From: Lactobacillus sp. UBA5804
GTDB taxonomy: Bacteria > Bacillota > Bacilli > Lactobacillales > Lactobacillaceae
DNA: 64,000 nucleotides
Assembly (NCBI GenBank): GCA_002418055.1
Contig: DIDI01000037.1
Coordinates: forward strand, 51,189-115,188
Direction of reading: 5' to 3'
Shown here piece after piece: positions 41,429 to 53,295 of the stretch. Position 1 is the first letter of the stretch. Every line of letters starts with the position of its first letter. The notes under the pieces were generated by a model, which saw only the letters and a program-made list of their open reading frames with translations, was not told the DNA's origin and searched no databases. The position numbers and the translations under genes are program-made.

Positions 41429-42394
41429 CTATTTTCCTCTTTTTTCATAAGCATTAATAATCTTTGCCACAACGGGGTGTCTGACAACATCACTGCTTGA
41501 GAAGTTAATGAACTTCACTTGCTCAATTTCTTTTAAAATAACTTGAGCGTCACTTAACCCGCTACGCTGCTTTCCGGGTAGATCAATCTGAGTAATATCC
41601 CCATTGATGACCATCTTAGAATTAAAGCCGAGCCGCGTTAGAAACATCTTCATCTGTGCATCGGTCGTATTTTGCGCTTCATCTAAAATAACGAAAGCTT
41701 CATCCAAGGTCCGACCACGCATGTAGGCCAATGGCGCAATTTCAATAATGCCACGCTCCATCAATCGATCCGTAGCATTAGTCCCCAAAATGGCATACAG
41801 CGAATCATAGATAGGCCGCAAATAAGGATCAACTTTTTCTTTCAAATCCCCTGGCAAAAAGCCAAGTGACTCGCCCGCTTCAACCGCTGGTCTAGTCAAA
41901 ATAATCTTTGACACCTCACCCTTTTTAAAAGCAGCAATGGCACACACGACGGCTAGAAAAGTCTTACCTGTTCCCGCAGGGCCAATCCCAAAGACAACAT
42001 CCGTTTTCTTAATGGCTTCAACATACCGCTTCTGCCCCATATTTTTGACTCTAATCGGGCGGCCTTTAGCATCCCGAATTAAAATATCTCGATAGAGGTC
42101 TTGGAAGTATTCAATCGTATTCTTGTCAGCCATTTTCATGGCACTAACCACGTCTGGGGCAGTGATGTTAACACCACTGCGCACTGCCGCCGCTAATGCA
42201 TTTAATACCTGTAATGCCTTCTCTACCGCTTGCAAATCGCGGCCTGAAATGGTAATTTCACTCCCAGTGTCAACTAGCGTCAACTCATAACCAGCTGCCA
42301 GCAAATTAATATGTTCATCGTTCACACCGACTAATTGTTGCAACTGTTCTTGATCTTGGGGGACAAATGTTGTTGTAGCCAAATAAACCGTCAC
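41429..42394 (-). CDS. phoH: PhoH-family ATPase
   Basis: GPAGTGKT, RPAVEAGE.LGFLPG, DEAQN. Confidence 0.95.
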   Translation of the reverse strand: MTVYLATTTFVPQDQEQLQQLVGVNDEHINLLAAGYELTLVDTGSEITISGRDLQAVEKALQVLNALAAAVRSGVNITAPDVVSAMKMADKNTIEYFQDLYRDILIRDAKGRPIRVKNMGQKRYVEAIKKTDVVFGIGPAGTGKTFLAVVCAIAAFKKGEVSKIILTRPAVEAGESLGFLPGDLKEKVDPYLRPIYDSLYAILGTNATDRLMERGIIEIAPLAYMRGRTLDEAFVILDEAQNTTDAQMKMFLTRLGFNSKMVINGDITQIDLPGKQRSGLSDAQVILKEIEQVKFINFSSSDVVRHPVVAKIINAYEKRGK

Positions 42395-42407
42395 TCCTTC
42401 TTTTTCG

Positions 42408-42848
42408 TTAATTTAAATGCGATTGCACCAACTTAGCAACCATCTTCCCATCAGCTCGGCCCTTAACTTCTGGCATCAAGACTTTCATCACCTTGCCAAA
42501 CTCAGACTTCTTGCTCGCTTTAGTTACCGTAATCGCTTTTTTAACTAGGTCAGTTAATTCTGATTCAGACAACTCTTGTGGCAAATAAGCTGAGACCAAG
42601 GCCAACTCTTGCGTACTTTGAGCCACTAAATCTGGGCGTTTACCATGTTTGAATTCGCTAATCGACTCTAAGCGTTGTTTCTTTTCGCGGCTCAATACGG
42701 TTAACTCCTCATCGGGAGTTAACTCACGTCCTAAGCGAATTTTCTCATTCATCAGGGCTGACTTAATCAACCGAATTGTATTCAGCCGAATCTGATCATG
42801 ACTTTTCATGGCAGTTTTTAAGTCAGTCATGAGTTGTTGCATTAACAT
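42408..42848 (-). CDS. GatB/YqeY domain protein
   Basis: DLKTAMK...YLPQEL...GKVMK...GRADGK. Confidence 0.92.
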   Translation of the reverse strand: MLMQQLMTDLKTAMKSHDQIRLNTIRLIKSALMNEKIRLGRELTPDEELTVLSREKKQRLESISEFKHGKRPDLVAQSTQELALVSAYLPQELSESELTDLVKKAITVTKASKKSEFGKVMKVLMPEVKGRADGKMVAKLVQSHLN

Positions 42849-42950
42849 CTTAAATACTACTTCCTTTCAAATACCATTATCTTCCTCTAATTATAGCAAA
42901 TGCGGGCAACAAAAAACACTCGTCCAAACTAGACGAGCGCTTTTTTATGA

Positions 42951-43127
42951 CTAATAATGTCTACGCTTACGCGCAGCTTCAGACTTTAGTTTCCTGCGAA
43001 CACTTGGTTTCTCGTAGAATTCGCGCTTACGATATTCTTGTAAAGTACCACTTCTTGAAACGGAACGCTTGAAACGACGAAGAGCATCATCAATAGACTC
43101 GTTTTCGTGAACGATTGTCTTAGCCAT
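42951..43127 (-). CDS. rpsU: 30S ribosomal protein S21
   Basis: [21 protein letters not shown]...YEKPSV; start ATG 43127. Confidence 0.98.
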
Positions 43128-43257
43128 ACATGATCCCCCCTTCCATTTCATGGCTTACGCCATACATTAACTAAATTATAGCAAACTATGAAACATGGTC
43201 AATACTCAATTAATTATTTCTCCAAAAAAATGTATAATTTAAGTAGAAAGAGGTGCT

Positions 43258-44097
43258 ATGATGCCAGAAAATATGACGCCAAATCAACCAGAAGTCAATC
43301 TTATTATTATCTCTGATGCGGCTGGCGATACCGCTTATAAGAATGCGGTCGCAGCAGCTGCTCAATTTCCCGGAGCGAAAGTAAATTATCGCCGCTACCC
43401 GTTCGTGACGGACAAGACAAAACTCGCACAGACCTTAACTGAAATTGCGAAGTTTCCTCACCTTGTCATTTTATACAGCCTCGTCAGTGACCAAATGCAG
43501 CTACCGGTAATCCGCTTTGCACGAGAACAGCAAGCACCAAGTGTAGATGTTTTGTCACCTGTAGTCGAGGCAATCACTAAAGTGAGCGGCCTGCGGCCGG
43601 ACGAAAAGGTCGGCGCACAACACCAGTTAAATCAAAAATACTTTGACCGGATTTCAGCTATGGAATTTGCCGTGATGTACGATGACGGGAAGGATCCTAA
43701 GGGCTTTATTGAAGCCGATGTGGTACTACTAGGTGTATCTAGAACTTCTAAGACGCCGCTATCACTATTTCTTGCTAACAAGAACCTGAAAGTTGCCAAC
43801 TTACCATTGGTACCAGAGACCCACATTCCGAAAGAAATTTACCAAATCAATCCTAAAAAGATTATCGGACTGATGAACGACGCCTCCGTTTTAAATGAAA
43901 TTCGGCGCCAGCGGATGATTGCTTATGGTCTAAATCCTGAGACAACCTATTCTAACATGGATTCGATTAATAAAGAACTGGCTTCGGCCCAGGCGCTTTA
44001 CGATCAACTTGGCTGCTACGTGATCAATGTCGCCAAACGCTCTATCGAAGAAACGGCAGCACTCATCATGAACCATCTAGGATTAGATGACGAGTAA
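43258..44097 (+). CDS. PEP synthase/PPDK regulatory kinase-phosphotransferase (DUF299)
   Basis: YFDRISAMEFAVMYDDGKDP, GVSRTSKTPLS, SIEETA. Confidence 0.92.
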   Translation: MMPENMTPNQPEVNLIIISDAAGDTAYKNAVAAAAQFPGAKVNYRRYPFVTDKTKLAQTLTEIAKFPHLVILYSLVSDQMQLPVIRFAREQQAPSVDVLSPVVEAITKVSGLRPDEKVGAQHQLNQKYFDRISAMEFAVMYDDGKDPKGFIEADVVLLGVSRTSKTPLSLFLANKNLKVANLPLVPETHIPKEIYQINPKKIIGLMNDASVLNEIRRQRMIAYGLNPETTYSNMDSINKELASAQALYDQLGCYVINVAKRSIEETAALIMNHLGLDDE

Positions 44098-44159
44098 TCT
44101 GCTTTAATATCAATATCAAAAAAGCCGTCATTTTATCCGTGACAGCTTTTTTCTTTTGG

Positions 44160-45041
44160 CTAAACTAATGTTTGTTCTTTAAAGCGGCCATAGACTTTAG
44201 CCACTTCGCTCACGCTCATAAAAGCATAACGATCGCAGTTATAAACGATGTTATGAATATCATATAAATCAGATCGGTCAATAATGGTAATCAGAATTTC
44301 CTTCTCACTGTGAGCATAAGCCCCTTCAGCATCATGAATAATCGTAATCCCGCGATGCATCGTATTTTGAATCCCAGCAATAATTTGCTTGGGATGGTCG
44401 GTGACAATCATGGCCTGCATCTTCTGGTGTCTAGTGTAGACACCATCAATCACTTGGCCATTAATAAAAATGGTTAAGGCCGTGTAAAGTGCCCGAGTCC
44501 AACCAAAGACAAAGCCGGCACAAACCACAATCACAAGATTAATTAAAATATTAATCTTGCCATAACTAGCACCCGTCTTAAGACGAATAACAATCCCGAT
44601 AATATCGAGTCCACCAGTGGAAATCCCATTTTTTAGCGCAAAGCCAGTACCGACACCGTTGATTACCCCACCAAAAATAGCAGCTAGTAATGGATCCAAA
44701 TGAACGTTCAAAGGTTGAACTATGTGCATCATGACCGCACCTAAGACCACCGCGACAATCGTGAAAAAGGTAAACTTATGACCTATTTTAAACCAACCTA
44801 ACACAAAAATCGGAATATTCAGGACAAAATATAAAGTTGACGTCGATAATGGCGATGGAAAATAACGTAGGCTCAAGGAATGGATAACTTGAGCAAAACC
44901 AGTAATCCCAGACGAATACATCCGGCCAGGTTCCCAGAAAAAATTCAGGGCAACGGCAACCGCAATTGAATAGAAAAAGGCTGCTGATAATTTCGCCCAA
45001 AAATTATAACGGCGACTAAATTGATTTAAAAAGTTATCCAT
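44160..45041 (-). CDS. YitT-family membrane protein
   Basis: SSGITG, LNIP, STGGLDI; C-terminal RGIT...GAY domain. Confidence 0.9.
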   Translation of the reverse strand: MDNFLNQFSRRYNFWAKLSAAFFYSIAVAVALNFFWEPGRMYSSGITGFAQVIHSLSLRYFPSPLSTSTLYFVLNIPIFVLGWFKIGHKFTFFTIVAVVLGAVMMHIVQPLNVHLDPLLAAIFGGVINGVGTGFALKNGISTGGLDIIGIVIRLKTGASYGKINILINLVIVVCAGFVFGWTRALYTALTIFINGQVIDGVYTRHQKMQAMIVTDHPKQIIAGIQNTMHRGITIIHDAEGAYAHSEKEILITIIDRSDLYDIHNIVYNCDRYAFMSVSEVAKVYGRFKEQTLV

Positions 45042-45112
45042 GACTGACGATACTCCCTAGCCCTTCCAAAGATTATGTCTAGTGTAGCAAAACTTCCCTG
45101 ACTGACCAAGAG

Positions 45113-45568
45113 CTAATTTGATTTGGCTTGAAAAAGGGGCAAGTAATCGCTGTATCCTGCCACTGCTAATTCTGCTACGGGAATAAAGCGCAAACTCGCC
45201 GAATTAATACAATACCGCAAGCCGCCTTGGTCACTCGGGCCATCTGTAAAGACATGCCCTAGATGCGATTGTGCATCTGGCGATGTCACTTCAACGCGTT
45301 CCATGCCCCAACTCTGGTCACGTTTTTCACGTAATTTCGTGATTGGCTTGGTAAAAGCTGGCCAACCACAACCGGAATCGTATTTATCAAGACTTGAAAA
45401 AAGTGGCTCACCAGAAACCACATCAACATAAATACCTGGTTCAAAAAAGGCATCATACTTTCCTGTGAAGGCACGTTCAGTAGCGGCCTTTTGGGTCACT
45501 TGATAAGCAGTCTGATCTAATTGTGCTAAACGCCGTGCTTTTGCTGCTGGATTCATCACTTCTACCAT
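45113..45568 (-). CDS. msrB: Peptide-methionine (R)-S-oxide reductase
   Basis: [23 protein letters not shown]. Confidence 0.96.
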   Translation of the reverse strand: MVEVMNPAAKARRLAQLDQTAYQVTQKAATERAFTGKYDAFFEPGIYVDVVSGEPLFSSLDKYDSGCGWPAFTKPITKLREKRDQSWGMERVEVTSPDAQSHLGHVFTDGPSDQGGLRYCINSASLRFIPVAELAVAGYSDYLPLFQAKSN

Positions 45569-45673
45569 CCTTTCTCAGTAGCTTAATTTTAACAAATAAA
45601 CTGGTCGGAAGAAACTTTCCCCACCTAAAAAAATAGCCGTACGCTCCTTGCGTACGACTATTTCAATTAATAA

Positions 45674-47446
45674 TTACTCCGCATCATCGGTCGTTGTAAT
45701 TGCTAATTCGGCTAACTGCTTCGGTGCAACTGGTGATGGTGACTTCATCATCGGTTCACTCGCATTAGAGTTCTTAGGGAAGGCAGTCACATCGCGAATA
45801 TTGTCTTGCCCAGCTAAAATCATCGCAAACCGGTCAAGGCCAATCGCGAGTCCAGCATGAGGTGGGAAGCCCAAGTCTAAGGCATCTAGCAAGAAGCCAA
45901 ATTGCGCGTAGGCTTTCTCCTTGGTGAACCCTAAAGCCTTAAACATCTTAAGTTGAATATCTTTCTTATGGATACGGATGGAACCACCACCAATTTCATA
46001 GCCATTCAAGACAATATCGTAACTTCTTGCATGTGCCTTATGCGGCTCTGTTTCTAGCAGTTCAATCCCCTTGTCATCTGGCATGGTGAAGGGATGGTGC
46101 GCGGCAATCCAGCGCTTAGCGCCTTCATCATATTCAAACAATGGCCAATCAACCACCCATTCAAAGTGGTAGTCGTCTTTAGAAACCATATTCTGTTCCA
46201 GTGCACAACTCCGGCGCAAGTAGCCTAAACTATCACAGCAGACTTTCCATTGATCAGCCACGAACAACAATAATTCTCCACCTTTAAGCTCATAAGTCGT
46301 CTTTAAAGCAGCTGCTTCAGTTTCAGAAATAAAGTGAGCAATCGGACCAGAGAACTTGCCATCTTCAAACTTCATCCAAGCTAGGCCCTTGGCATGGAAA
46401 CGTTTGATGTAGTCTTGCTTCGCTTCAATTTGCTTGCGAGAATAAGCCTTCGCACCACCAGGGATGGCAATGGCCTTCACAAAGCCACCTGCCGCAATCG
46501 CACCAGCAAAGACCTTAAACTTGCTGTCCTTAAAGACGTCATTCAAGTTCTTAATCTTCATATCAAACCGCATGTCAGGCTTGTCACTACCATAATCATT
46601 CATCGCGTCATCCCATGTAATTCTTGGGAGCGGCAATTTCAAATCAATCCCTTTAGTGTCATGCATAACTTTTTGCAATAACGCTTCGGTGTAATCTTGA
46701 ACGCCTTGTTCATCAATAAAGGATGTTTCCATATCGATTTGCGTAAATTCAGGCTGCCGATCGCCGCGCAAGTCTTCATCCCGGAAACAGCGGGCAACTT
46801 GATAATACTTATCAAAGCCGGCCCCCATCAGCAATTGCTTAAAGAGTTGTGGGGATTGTGGTAAAGCGTAAAAACTACCTGGATGTTCCCGTGATGGAAC
46901 TAAGTAGTCACGCGCACCTTCCGGCGTTGATTTACCAAGAATTGGCGTTTCGACGTTAATAAAACCAGCTTGATCGAAGTAGGCATGAGTCGCGGTTAAA
47001 ATTTTAGAACGCAGCCATAACGCTTGTTGCAACTTCTTGCGGCGTAAATCTAAATAGCGGTACTTCCAGCGCGTTTGTTCAGTAGCTTGCAAATCATCCT
47101 TAACTTCAAATGGCAATGCTTTTGCCTTGTTTAAGACGGTGATTTGACTGACGTTAATCTCCACTTCACCAGTCTTCATATCGGGATTAACACTAGCCCG
47201 CTTAACGACCAAGCCCTTAATTTCAACGACATCTTCTGAGCCTAAAGCCCCTGCGGCTGAGAGTAAATCAGCGTTAGCATCTTGGGTGGCAACGACTTGA
47301 ACAATTCCCGCGCGGTCACGTAAATCGATAAAAATCAAATTACCTAAATTGCGAACGCGTTGCACCCAACCAAACAGGATCACATTCTGATTGAGATAGT
47401 CAGCCGTAATATTGCCGCAATAATCAGTTCTTTTGTCTAACTTCAT
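45674..47446 (-). CDS. aspS: Aspartyl-tRNA synthetase
   Basis: [39 protein letters not shown]. Confidence 0.98.
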   Translation of the reverse strand: MKLDKRTDYCGNITADYLNQNVILFGWVQRVRNLGNLIFIDLRDRAGIVQVVATQDANADLLSAAGALGSEDVVEIKGLVVKRASVNPDMKTGEVEINVSQITVLNKAKALPFEVKDDLQATEQTRWKYRYLDLRRKKLQQALWLRSKILTATHAYFDQAGFINVETPILGKSTPEGARDYLVPSREHPGSFYALPQSPQLFKQLLMGAGFDKYYQVARCFRDEDLRGDRQPEFTQIDMETSFIDEQGVQDYTEALLQKVMHDTKGIDLKLPLPRITWDDAMNDYGSDKPDMRFDMKIKNLNDVFKDSKFKVFAGAIAAGGFVKAIAIPGGAKAYSRKQIEAKQDYIKRFHAKGLAWMKFEDGKFSGPIAHFISETEAAALKTTYELKGGELLLFVADQWKVCCDSLGYLRRSCALEQNMVSKDDYHFEWVVDWPLFEYDEGAKRWIAAHHPFTMPDDKGIELLETEPHKAHARSYDIVLNGYEIGGGSIRIHKKDIQLKMFKALGFTKEKAYAQFGFLLDALDLGFPPHAGLAIGLDRFAMILAGQDNIRDVTAFPKNSNASEPMMKSPSPVAPKQLAELAITTTDDAE

Positions 47447-47464
47447 TGTCTCTAATTCTTTCTA

Positions 47465-48745
47465 TTATAAATTCTCAAGCACAGTCTTCATATCAGTTAA
47501 AGCTTCGCGTTTCACAGCAATTTGCTGGCCATCACTAAGCCGTTTGAGCTGGACCACACCAGCGGCTAAATCACGTTCACCAATAGTGATGACGTAACGT
47601 GCTGCTAAACGATCAGCCTTTTTAAACTGAGCCTTCAATTTCTTTTGGTCCACATCAAACTGAACTTGGTAACCTTGCGTGCGTAGTGCCCGAGCTAAAC
47701 TAATCGTTTCAAAAGCGGTGCCTTCGCCAATATTAGTCAAGAAGAAATCAATCCCCTTAGCCGCAAATAAAGCTGGGTTCTGCTCGCATAAGACAAGCAT
47801 CAAGCGCTCTTCACCAATTCCAAACCCAATGGCCGGCGTAGCGGGGCCAGAGAATTCCTCAACCAAATGATTATAGCGGCCACCACCTAAGATAGTCGTC
47901 GGCGAAGCCCAGAGCTTTTCATCGGCTACCATAAATTCAAAGATGACGCCCGTATAATAATCAAGCCCGCGAACTAAATCATTGTCAATCACATAATCGA
48001 CCTTTAAAGCCGTCAGCGTTTGGGTGATTTGCTCAAACTTGGCTTTAGATTCGTCATCAAGATAATCGATAATCTTCGGTGCAGCTGCCAAAAATTGCTT
48101 ATCTTGATCTTCCTTGGAGTCAAGAATTCGTAACGGATTCGTCGTCAGTCGGCGCTGGCTATCAGCCGAGAGTTGCGCTTTAAGCGGCGTAAAGTAGCTA
48201 ACTAAAGCATCATGATAAGCGCTGCGAACAGCCGCATTACCTAAAGAATTAAGGTGCAGTTCAAAGTGCTTAACCCCTAGTTCATGCAATAAATCATTGG
48301 CCATCACAATCGTTTCAACATCGGATAAATAACTATCTGAGCCAAAACTCTCGACCCCAATTTGGTGAAATTCACGCTGGCGCCCCGCTTGTGGGCGCTC
48401 ATAGCGAAAAGTTGCAGCCAAATAATAAACATTAAACGGTTTAACATGATCCGGGCCATAAATCTTATCTTCAACGTAGGCACGCACCACACCAGCTGTC
48501 CCTTCTGGACGTAAAGCTATGTGTCGGCCACCCTTATCCTCGAAGTCATACATTTCTTTTTCAACGATATCGCTCGACTCACCACTAGAGCGCGAGAAAA
48601 CCTCATAATTTTCAAAAATTGGCGTTCGAATTTCACCGTAACCAGCTCGTTTGAAGAACGAACGGGCAACACTTTCGACTTTTTCCCAATCTGATGAAGT
48701 TTCCGGTAAGATATCAACCGTTCCCTTTGGTTTTTGTACTCTCAT
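47465..48745 (-). CDS. hisS: Histidyl-tRNA synthetase
   Basis: [34 protein letters not shown]. Confidence 0.98.
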   Translation of the reverse strand: MRVQKPKGTVDILPETSSDWEKVESVARSFFKRAGYGEIRTPIFENYEVFSRSSGESSDIVEKEMYDFEDKGGRHIALRPEGTAGVVRAYVEDKIYGPDHVKPFNVYYLAATFRYERPQAGRQREFHQIGVESFGSDSYLSDVETIVMANDLLHELGVKHFELHLNSLGNAAVRSAYHDALVSYFTPLKAQLSADSQRRLTTNPLRILDSKEDQDKQFLAAAPKIIDYLDDESKAKFEQITQTLTALKVDYVIDNDLVRGLDYYTGVIFEFMVADEKLWASPTTILGGGRYNHLVEEFSGPATPAIGFGIGEERLMLVLCEQNPALFAAKGIDFFLTNIGEGTAFETISLARALRTQGYQVQFDVDQKKLKAQFKKADRLAARYVITIGERDLAAGVVQLKRLSDGQQIAVKREALTDMKTVLENL

Positions 48746-48764
48746 CTAATCCACCCTTTTAGTA

Positions 48765-48950
48765 TAAAAAAAGCGTCCTTGACAACTGTCAAGGGCGCTA
48801 ATGCACGGTACCACCTTTTATTTGCTACGATTAACGCTCGCGACACGTATGATTACCTGTTAAAGTGGTCACAGACTTCCCATCCCTATACTCTCTCAGC
48901 ACTTGAGTACTCTCTGTATCGATGCCAAAGCCTTCAATTCTTCGTTCTTG
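48765..48950 (-). promoter_or_regulatory. T-box riboswitch of the hisS-aspS operon
   Basis: Minus strand AGAGA and GCTGAGA stem I motifs, T-box AAGGTGGTACCGTG, terminator AGCGCCCTTGACA..TGTCAAGGACGCT+T-tract; promoter TTGACT-17-TATCCT at 48963-48991. Confidence 0.9.
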
Positions 48951-49004
48951 GTAATTGAGTTAAGGATATTATTTTCATTCGGGAAAGTCAACCATCTTTT
49001 AGGA

Positions 49005-49445
49005 TTAATCGGCGTCTAACACTAAAGTAAACGGCCCATCATTAACCAACTGCACCTGCATATCAGCCCCAAAATGACCAGTAGCCACCTCAATCCCCGC
49101 TTGCATCAGCGTGTGATTAAAGAGCTGCCATAATGGCTTGGCTGTTTCTGGCCGCATCGCCTCAGTAAAGCTTGGCCGATTACCATGATTTATATTGGCC
49201 AGCAAGGTAAACTGACTCACGCTCAGCACCGCTCCAGCCACGGCTTTGATATTAAGGTTAGTTTTTCCCGCAGTATCTGCAAAAATACGTAGCTTAGCGA
49301 CTTTTTGCGCTAGCTTGACCACGCTAGTTTGCTGATCACCTTCCTGTAAACCCACGAATAATAACAGTCCAGGGCCAATACTAGCCACCTGATGCTCAGC
49401 AATAGTTACGGCCGCTTGTTTGACACGTTGCACCACGACCCGCAT
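49005..49445 (-). CDS. dtd: D-aminoacyl-tRNA deacylase
   Basis: [19 protein letters not shown]. Confidence 0.96.
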   Translation of the reverse strand: MRVVVQRVKQAAVTIAEHQVASIGPGLLLFVGLQEGDQQTSVVKLAQKVAKLRIFADTAGKTNLNIKAVAGAVLSVSQFTLLANINHGNRPSFTEAMRPETAKPLWQLFNHTLMQAGIEVATGHFGADMQVQLVNDGPFTLVLDAD

Positions 49446-51682
49446 TAATTAGCCGTCCGTTTCGTTTCATAGACGTCTGGTAAATCACGCAGTTTCGCTA
49501 ACACATCATCCAATTGCGCAACATTGCTGACGGTTAAGGTCACATAAATGTGAGCGATGTTATCATCATTCACCTTACCGGAAATATTGGTGATGTTTTT
49601 AGTTAATGAATTTAACTTATTAATCACGTCACTTAATAAATTCGACCGGTTATAGCCAAACACCTCAATGTTGGCATTAAAACTCTGATGACTGCTTTCG
49701 TCCAAATTCTCCCAAGCAACTTCGATTAAGCGCCCTGGTTCATTAGCAGCTTGCACCATATTATGACAATCTTGCCGGTGAATCGTCACGCCGCGCCCTT
49801 TGGTGACATAACCCACAATCGGATCGCCCGGTACGGGATTGCAACACTTGGCGAGATGCTGCATTAAGTCGGAAACACCTTGAATGGTCACCCCATTTAG
49901 GTGAGGAACTTTCAGTACTGAACGATTCGCACTGTTATCGTCTTTTTTACTAGAAGTCTGGCCGGCACTAAGAATCTTTTCTTCGTACTCTTTTTGCTTT
50001 TTTTCTTCCTCTTCCTTACGTTGATCAGCCGTTAAACGGTTCACCACACCGATGGCAGACACATCTCCAAAGCCAACTGAGGCAAACATCTCATCTTTAT
50101 TATGAAAATTAAAATGTTCAATAATGTCTTCAAGGTGGTCTTTATCCAAAAAGTCGTTCGCATTGAAATCCTGATCACGCAAAATTTGACTAATCTCTTG
50201 TTGTCCACGCTCAATAGCTTGATTACGATCCAGCCCTTTGAAATAACGCTTAATCTTATTACGAGCACGCGCGGTCTTCACCATATCAATCCAGTCGCGG
50301 CTCGGCTGAGCATTGCTCTGAGTGCTAATGCTGACCACATCACCATTTTTTAATTTGTAATCAAGTGGCACTAATTTATCATTAACATTAGCACCAACGG
50401 CATGGCTACCCACCTGTGTATGAATCGCAAAGGCAAAATCAAGGGTCACACTACCTTTGGGTAGCTCATACACCTCACCTTTAGGCGTAAAGACATAGAC
50501 CCGATCGGAGAAGATTTCATTCTTCACACTCTTCATAAACTCATCGGCATCTTTAGTCTCATCCTTAAGCTCCAGGATTTCGCGTACCATATCAAGCCGA
50601 TCACCCGAACTGTTTTTGGGCACGCTATTAAATTCACCACGCTTATAGGCCCAATGAGCTGCGACCCCATATTCAGCCACTTGGTGCATTTGTTCAGTTC
50701 GAATTTGAATTTCTAGGGGACGTCCACCAGGCCCGATAATTGTCGTATGGAGCGATTGGTAACCATTAGCCTTTGGTACCGCAATATAATCTTTAAAGCG
50801 GCCAGGCATTGGTTTCCACTTCGTATGAACTGCACCCAAGACGGCATAACAATCTTTCACTGAGTGCACAATCACCCGAACTGCCAATAAGTCATAAATC
50901 TCATCGAAGTCCTTATGCTTATTGACCATTTTCTTGTAAATGGAATAAATGTGCTTCGGGCGACCATAGACTTCATATTTAATGCTTAAAGCGTCTAGCG
51001 TCTTCTTTAAAAAAGTAATCGTTTCTGAGATATATTGCTCACGTTCGCTACGCTTGACATCCATCAAATTAACAATTCGATAATAAGCTTCCGGATTTAA
51101 ATAATGGAAACTCATATCTTCTAGTTCCCATTTGACGGTCCCAATACCTAGTCGATCTGCGAGCGGCGCATAAATATCAATGGTTTCTGATGAAATACGC
51201 CGCTGTTTGTCAGGACGCAAATGCTGCAAGGTGTGCATGTTATGCAATCTGTCAGCCAGCTTCACCATAATGACCCGGAGATCTTTAGCCATAGCGATCA
51301 ACATTTTACGGTGATTTTCAGCTAAAAATTCTTGATGAGACTTATATTGATATTTATTAAGTTTTGTCACCCCATCGACAATGAAGGCAACATCAGCCCC
51401 GAAGTTCGTTTTAATATCATCGTTAGTCACCGGAGTATCTTCGACTGTATCATGCAAAAAGCCAGCTGCGACCGTATCTGGATCTAGACCAAGGGTTGCC
51501 ACCGTTCCGGCCACCTGAGTCGGATGCACAATGTAAGGCTGCCCAGAAGCACGCTTTTGACCAGCATGGGCTTTAGCGGCATATTGATAAGCTTTTTCAA
51601 CAAAAGCAACTTGATCAGCCGTCATATACTTTTGACATGCTGCAATCACCTGATCATGCGTCATTTCAACATATTTTGACAT
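49445..51682 (-). CDS. relA: Bifunctional (p)ppGpp synthetase/hydrolase (Rel)
   Basis: HD motif LHDTVED, RFKDY, YQSLHT, EIQIRT, TGS and ACT domains; start ATG 51682 behind AGGAGG. Confidence 0.97.
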   Translation of the reverse strand: MSKYVEMTHDQVIAACQKYMTADQVAFVEKAYQYAAKAHAGQKRASGQPYIVHPTQVAGTVATLGLDPDTVAAGFLHDTVEDTPVTNDDIKTNFGADVAFIVDGVTKLNKYQYKSHQEFLAENHRKMLIAMAKDLRVIMVKLADRLHNMHTLQHLRPDKQRRISSETIDIYAPLADRLGIGTVKWELEDMSFHYLNPEAYYRIVNLMDVKRSEREQYISETITFLKKTLDALSIKYEVYGRPKHIYSIYKKMVNKHKDFDEIYDLLAVRVIVHSVKDCYAVLGAVHTKWKPMPGRFKDYIAVPKANGYQSLHTTIIGPGGRPLEIQIRTEQMHQVAEYGVAAHWAYKRGEFNSVPKNSSGDRLDMVREILELKDETKDADEFMKSVKNEIFSDRVYVFTPKGEVYELPKGSVTLDFAFAIHTQVGSHAVGANVNDKLVPLDYKLKNGDVVSISTQSNAQPSRDWIDMVKTARARNKIKRYFKGLDRNQAIERGQQEISQILRDQDFNANDFLDKDHLEDIIEHFNFHNKDEMFASVGFGDVSAIGVVNRLTADQRKEEEEKKQKEYEEKILSAGQTSSKKDDNSANRSVLKVPHLNGVTIQGVSDLMQHLAKCCNPVPGDPIVGYVTKGRGVTIHRQDCHNMVQAANEPGRLIEVAWENLDESSHQSFNANIEVFGYNRSNLLSDVINKLNSLTKNITNISGKVNDDNIAHIYVTLTVSNVAQLDDVLAKLRDLPDVYETKRTAN

Positions 51683-51735
51683 CCGCTTGCCTCCTTTCAA
51701 CTTGATCAGCTTTTTATTATTTTATTTTAACACTT

Positions 51736-52680
51736 TCACTTAGCTTTGCGAGTGATAATCAGACCTACCCAGCGTTTAGCCCGCAGGGTTAAATCAACCT
51801 GAAAGCCGTTATCTGTCAAGCTTGCCATCACTTTAGGGAGCTGTAAGTAATCAATCCCCGAGAAAATAACTCGGCCACCAGGCGCTAAATGTGATTGTAA
51901 TTGCGAAATCAGCTGCAGTAAAATCTCGGCCAGAATATTAGCGACGATAATATCAAACTGACCACTGACATCAGCGAGCAAACTGGTATGTTGTAATTTT
52001 ACATTAGTTAACCCATTCAATTGTAGATTAGTCGTAGCCGCATCCATCGCTTCACTTGAGATGTCTGTGCCGAGCACTTCGGCTGCTCCCAATTTGGCAG
52101 CAGCAATCGCCAAAATACCAGACCCAGTGCCCACATCAACGACCCGACAAGGCCGCACGAGACTTTGCTCTAATCCCATCATTGAAAGTTGCGTCGTTTC
52201 ATGGTTGCCGGTTCCAAAAGCCAGACCCGGATCCATCTGCAACAGTTGTTGATCCGCAAAGGCTGGTTGATAGTCTTCCCACTCTGGAACAATGGCGAGA
52301 TGCCGAGAAAACGCAATCGGATGGTAATACTGCTGCCAAACGGTATTCCAATCCTCATCTTGAACATACTGGCTAACCAAAGTGCCGCTGCCAGTGGCCA
52401 GACCATAGCCAGCTAATTCTACCAATTTTTGCTTTAAAGCCACTGCCAACTGGTCATAATCCGCCTCTTGGTCAAAATAAATAACCAAGCGCACGTCAGC
52501 TGGAATGTCAGTCAGCTGCTGCCAATCCACGACCGTTGAATCTTGTCTGTGACTAGCTTCTTCAAAGTCTCTGCGTCTAATAGCTTCAACACCCAAAGCA
52601 CCCAGTTGGTCCTGACTATAGACGGTCAAGGCATCTTCGGACTCTTGACTGGTTTCAAGTGTAACTTTTAATAATTTCAA
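51736..52680 (-). CDS. prmA: Ribosomal protein L11 methyltransferase
   Basis: DPGLAFGTG.H.TT, DVGTGSGIL, ANILA. Confidence 0.96.
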   Translation of the reverse strand: MKLLKVTLETSQESEDALTVYSQDQLGALGVEAIRRRDFEEASHRQDSTVVDWQQLTDIPADVRLVIYFDQEADYDQLAVALKQKLVELAGYGLATGSGTLVSQYVQDEDWNTVWQQYYHPIAFSRHLAIVPEWEDYQPAFADQQLLQMDPGLAFGTGNHETTQLSMMGLEQSLVRPCRVVDVGTGSGILAIAAAKLGAAEVLGTDISSEAMDAATTNLQLNGLTNVKLQHTSLLADVSGQFDIIVANILAEILLQLISQLQSHLAPGGRVIFSGIDYLQLPKVMASLTDNGFQVDLTLRAKRWVGLIITRKAK

Positions 52681-52735
52681 TCATAATCTCCTTTTGTAAA
52701 TCAGTGGGTAATGCTATCATGGATGCGGTGATAAT

Positions 52736-53239
52736 ATGTCAAAGAAGAAGAAAGCGCAACAACTCGCTAAAACATTAGTTGAAAAAATCTTAGATCAACA
52801 TAAAATTAGCTACCGACAAGCTGAATTTCCAACCCACGAAGCACATGGTGTCGCTCAAATGGACACTTCTATTTTAGCCGACCAAGCTCACTTGGTCTAC
52901 AAAACCCTCGTGTGCGATGGAAATAAAACGGGCCCAGTGGTCGGCGTGGTGCCCATTACGGCCCACTTATCGATGAAAAAATTAGCTAAAATGTCTGACA
53001 ATAAAAAATGTGAGCTCTTACCACTTAAACAGCTAGCTGCAACTACTGGCTATGTTCACGGTGCGAATACTCCAATTGGAATTTATCATAGTCATAAATT
53101 ACCAATTTATCTGGATAGCAGTATGGAAACTGAACCTGAAGTTGCTGTCTCTAGTGGCGTGGTTGGCCGTAGCATTTATTTAGCACCTGACGACTTAAAG
53201 ACCATTTGTCATGGTAAATTCGGTGATTTATTAGAATAA
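52736..53239 (+). CDS. YbaK/EbsC-family aminoacyl-tRNA deacylase
   Basis: VYKTLV, TGYVHGANTPIG, VSSG..G. Confidence 0.9.
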   Translation: MSKKKKAQQLAKTLVEKILDQHKISYRQAEFPTHEAHGVAQMDTSILADQAHLVYKTLVCDGNKTGPVVGVVPITAHLSMKKLAKMSDNKKCELLPLKQLAATTGYVHGANTPIGIYHSHKLPIYLDSSMETEPEVAVSSGVVGRSIYLAPDDLKTICHGKFGDLLE

Positions 53240-53249
53240 TTGATGTAAG

Positions 53250-53281
53250 TAAAAAACAGTAGCCAGTGCTACTGTTTTTTA
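53250..53281. terminator. Bidirectional terminator
   Basis: TAAAAAACAGTAGC-loop-GCTACTGTTTTTTA. Confidence 0.88.
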
Positions 53282-53295
53282 TTTTAAGCTCATTG

